From assembly GCA_000388065.2 (NCBI GenBank), contig KB932201.1: a stretch of 64,000 nt of DNA, one strand, 5' to 3'. Positions within the stretch are counted from its first letter, which is position 1, and every line of letters starts with the position of its first letter. Shown piece after piece: positions 63,044 through 64,000 of the stretch. Position numbers and translations under genes: made by a program. Source of the DNA: Fonticula alba ATCC 38817 (taxonomy: Eukaryota > Protista > Nucleariida). The notes below the pieces were generated by a model. That model searched no databases, was not told the origin of the DNA, and saw only the letters and a list, made by a program, of their open reading frames with translations.

Positions 63044-64000
63044 CATGGGAGAGGAGCGGGCCCAGGATGGGCGCAAGCTAGTCCTCCCGGACGAACCATT
63101 GTCCTCGCGTGGCTGAAAGCGCCCCAGGTGGCAGTCCTCGGTCAGCTTGAGGGAGAGCATCATCCCTCGAGGGGCGATACTGGACAGCTCCCAGCCGGCG
63201 AAGGAGAAGGCGATCAGGTGCATGGCAAAGGCCAGCTGCCGATAGAAGGGTATCAGGTGGTGCTCCGGGTCATTGAGGACCTCTCGAAAGGCCTTACCAG
63301 GCGAGGAGGGAGGACCCGCGGAGGGCATTAGCACGGCGCGAGGCGGGTGCGAGGAAGTGCGCGCGTGTGTGTTCGGGGCAGAGCTAATCCGCGGAACGGA
63401 ATTGCGTGTGCGTGTGTGTGTGTGCGTGCGTGCGTGTGTGACCCCGAGCTGGCGCACCTTGTCAATGGAAGCCGTGAACAGCGGCTCATCATCGAAGAGG
63501 ATGCGCACGCGTGACCGATGGCTCAGCAGCAGGCGACACATGTCAAGAACATAGGAGAAGGTGGTCTGGAAGGGGGCAGGCGCCAGGAGTCAGTCGGCAG
63601 CCTCGGCCGGGAGTGGGCGGCGGAGGGGGGACCAAAGAGAGACAGGGGAGAAAATGGAGACGCGGGAAGGGGGCACCTTGGCCGTGTTGCCCGGCTCGAT
63701 GGCTCGAGCCTCTTGGGTGATGTGCGCCTGCAAGGTAGTCTGGAAGGAGGTCAAGCCCTCGGGCACAAAGCTGACCAGGTGGTAAATCTTGGATAGCTCT
63801 GCCCAGCCCAACACCAGTGACGGTCAGTGGACAGAGGACGGGGAGCGGGGGGGGGGGGGGCGGATGGCAGGCGGAAGCATGTGCATTCCGGAGGAGAAAG
63901 GAAGCGGGCAGGAGGAGGCGAGGGCATGCGCACCGGTTGTGGCATTCTGCCGGATGAGGGCCTCGGCCTCGGAGGAAAACAGCCGCAGATGGTCCCCCAC
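60464..64000 (-). CDS. Cullin-family protein, highly divergent, 5' end beyond window; exons >64000..63934, 63798..63677, 63565..63458, 63292..63097, ~62960..62538, 62371..62157, 62052..61679, 61421..60464
   Basis: ELSKIYHLVSFVPEGL, LFDDEPLFTASIDKAFREVLN, LLFKFLSNKSHFRQCYIGYLNHRLM, ESRYLNILGLLCGRNYIYPMRRMLGD, LHVLVCNRFFWP, FETEYVSRFPGRRLTWL, VYATAHQALILRLL, and the C-terminal neddylation/WH-B domain YQATAVRIMK...VASVVDYLVDLDYVTRTPDGQLAYLP. Confidence 0.85.
61501..61670. repeat. Compound (GT)n plus (GCATGTGT)n microsatellite in a cullin intron
   Basis: About 40 GT units followed by about 10 imperfect gcatgtgt units, inside intron 61678..61422. Similar (GT)n tracts occur at 40830-40876 and 62979-63037. 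Confidence 0.9.

Noticed and set aside
1-64000. CRISPR arrays, tRNA and rRNA genes, telomeric arrays
   Set aside because: No repeat-spacer periodicity, no cloverleaf with a proper TTC T-loop, no rRNA signatures and no tandem TTAGGG seen. The repeats present are simple microsatellites and homopolymers.

Overview
Intron-rich, very GC-rich eukaryotic genomic DNA with 10 N gaps. The style and gene content suggest a unicellular opisthokont; it resembles Fonticula alba from memory, which I have not verified. I reconstructed 12 protein-coding genes by hand with phase-consistent GT-AG splicing: DONSON-like (+, 5' partial), mitochondrial ATP synthase alpha, COMMD9, a divergent TFIIB, acetoacetyl-CoA synthetase, an intronless orphan with four non-canonical Gag-like zinc knuckles, a PHO8-type alkaline phosphatase, a 7-TM receptor-like protein, a three-domain glycosyltransferase, a divergent Ku80 (+), a PLEKHH/MAX-1-like PH-PH-MyTH4-FERM protein, and a divergent cullin (5' end outside the window). 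No rRNA, tRNA, CRISPR array or intact transposon was found. The strongest observations are: (1) none of about 49 splice donors has A at +4 (43 C, 6 T); (2) the CX2CX2HX5C x4 Gag-like orphan; (3) the triple glycosyltransferase fusion; (4) the 7-TM receptor with micro-exons; (5) internal evidence that some long poly-G/poly-C runs are assembly artefacts. Most long ORFs in the supplied track are antisense shadows or GC-rich noise. All family assignments come from motif recognition, with no database searches.
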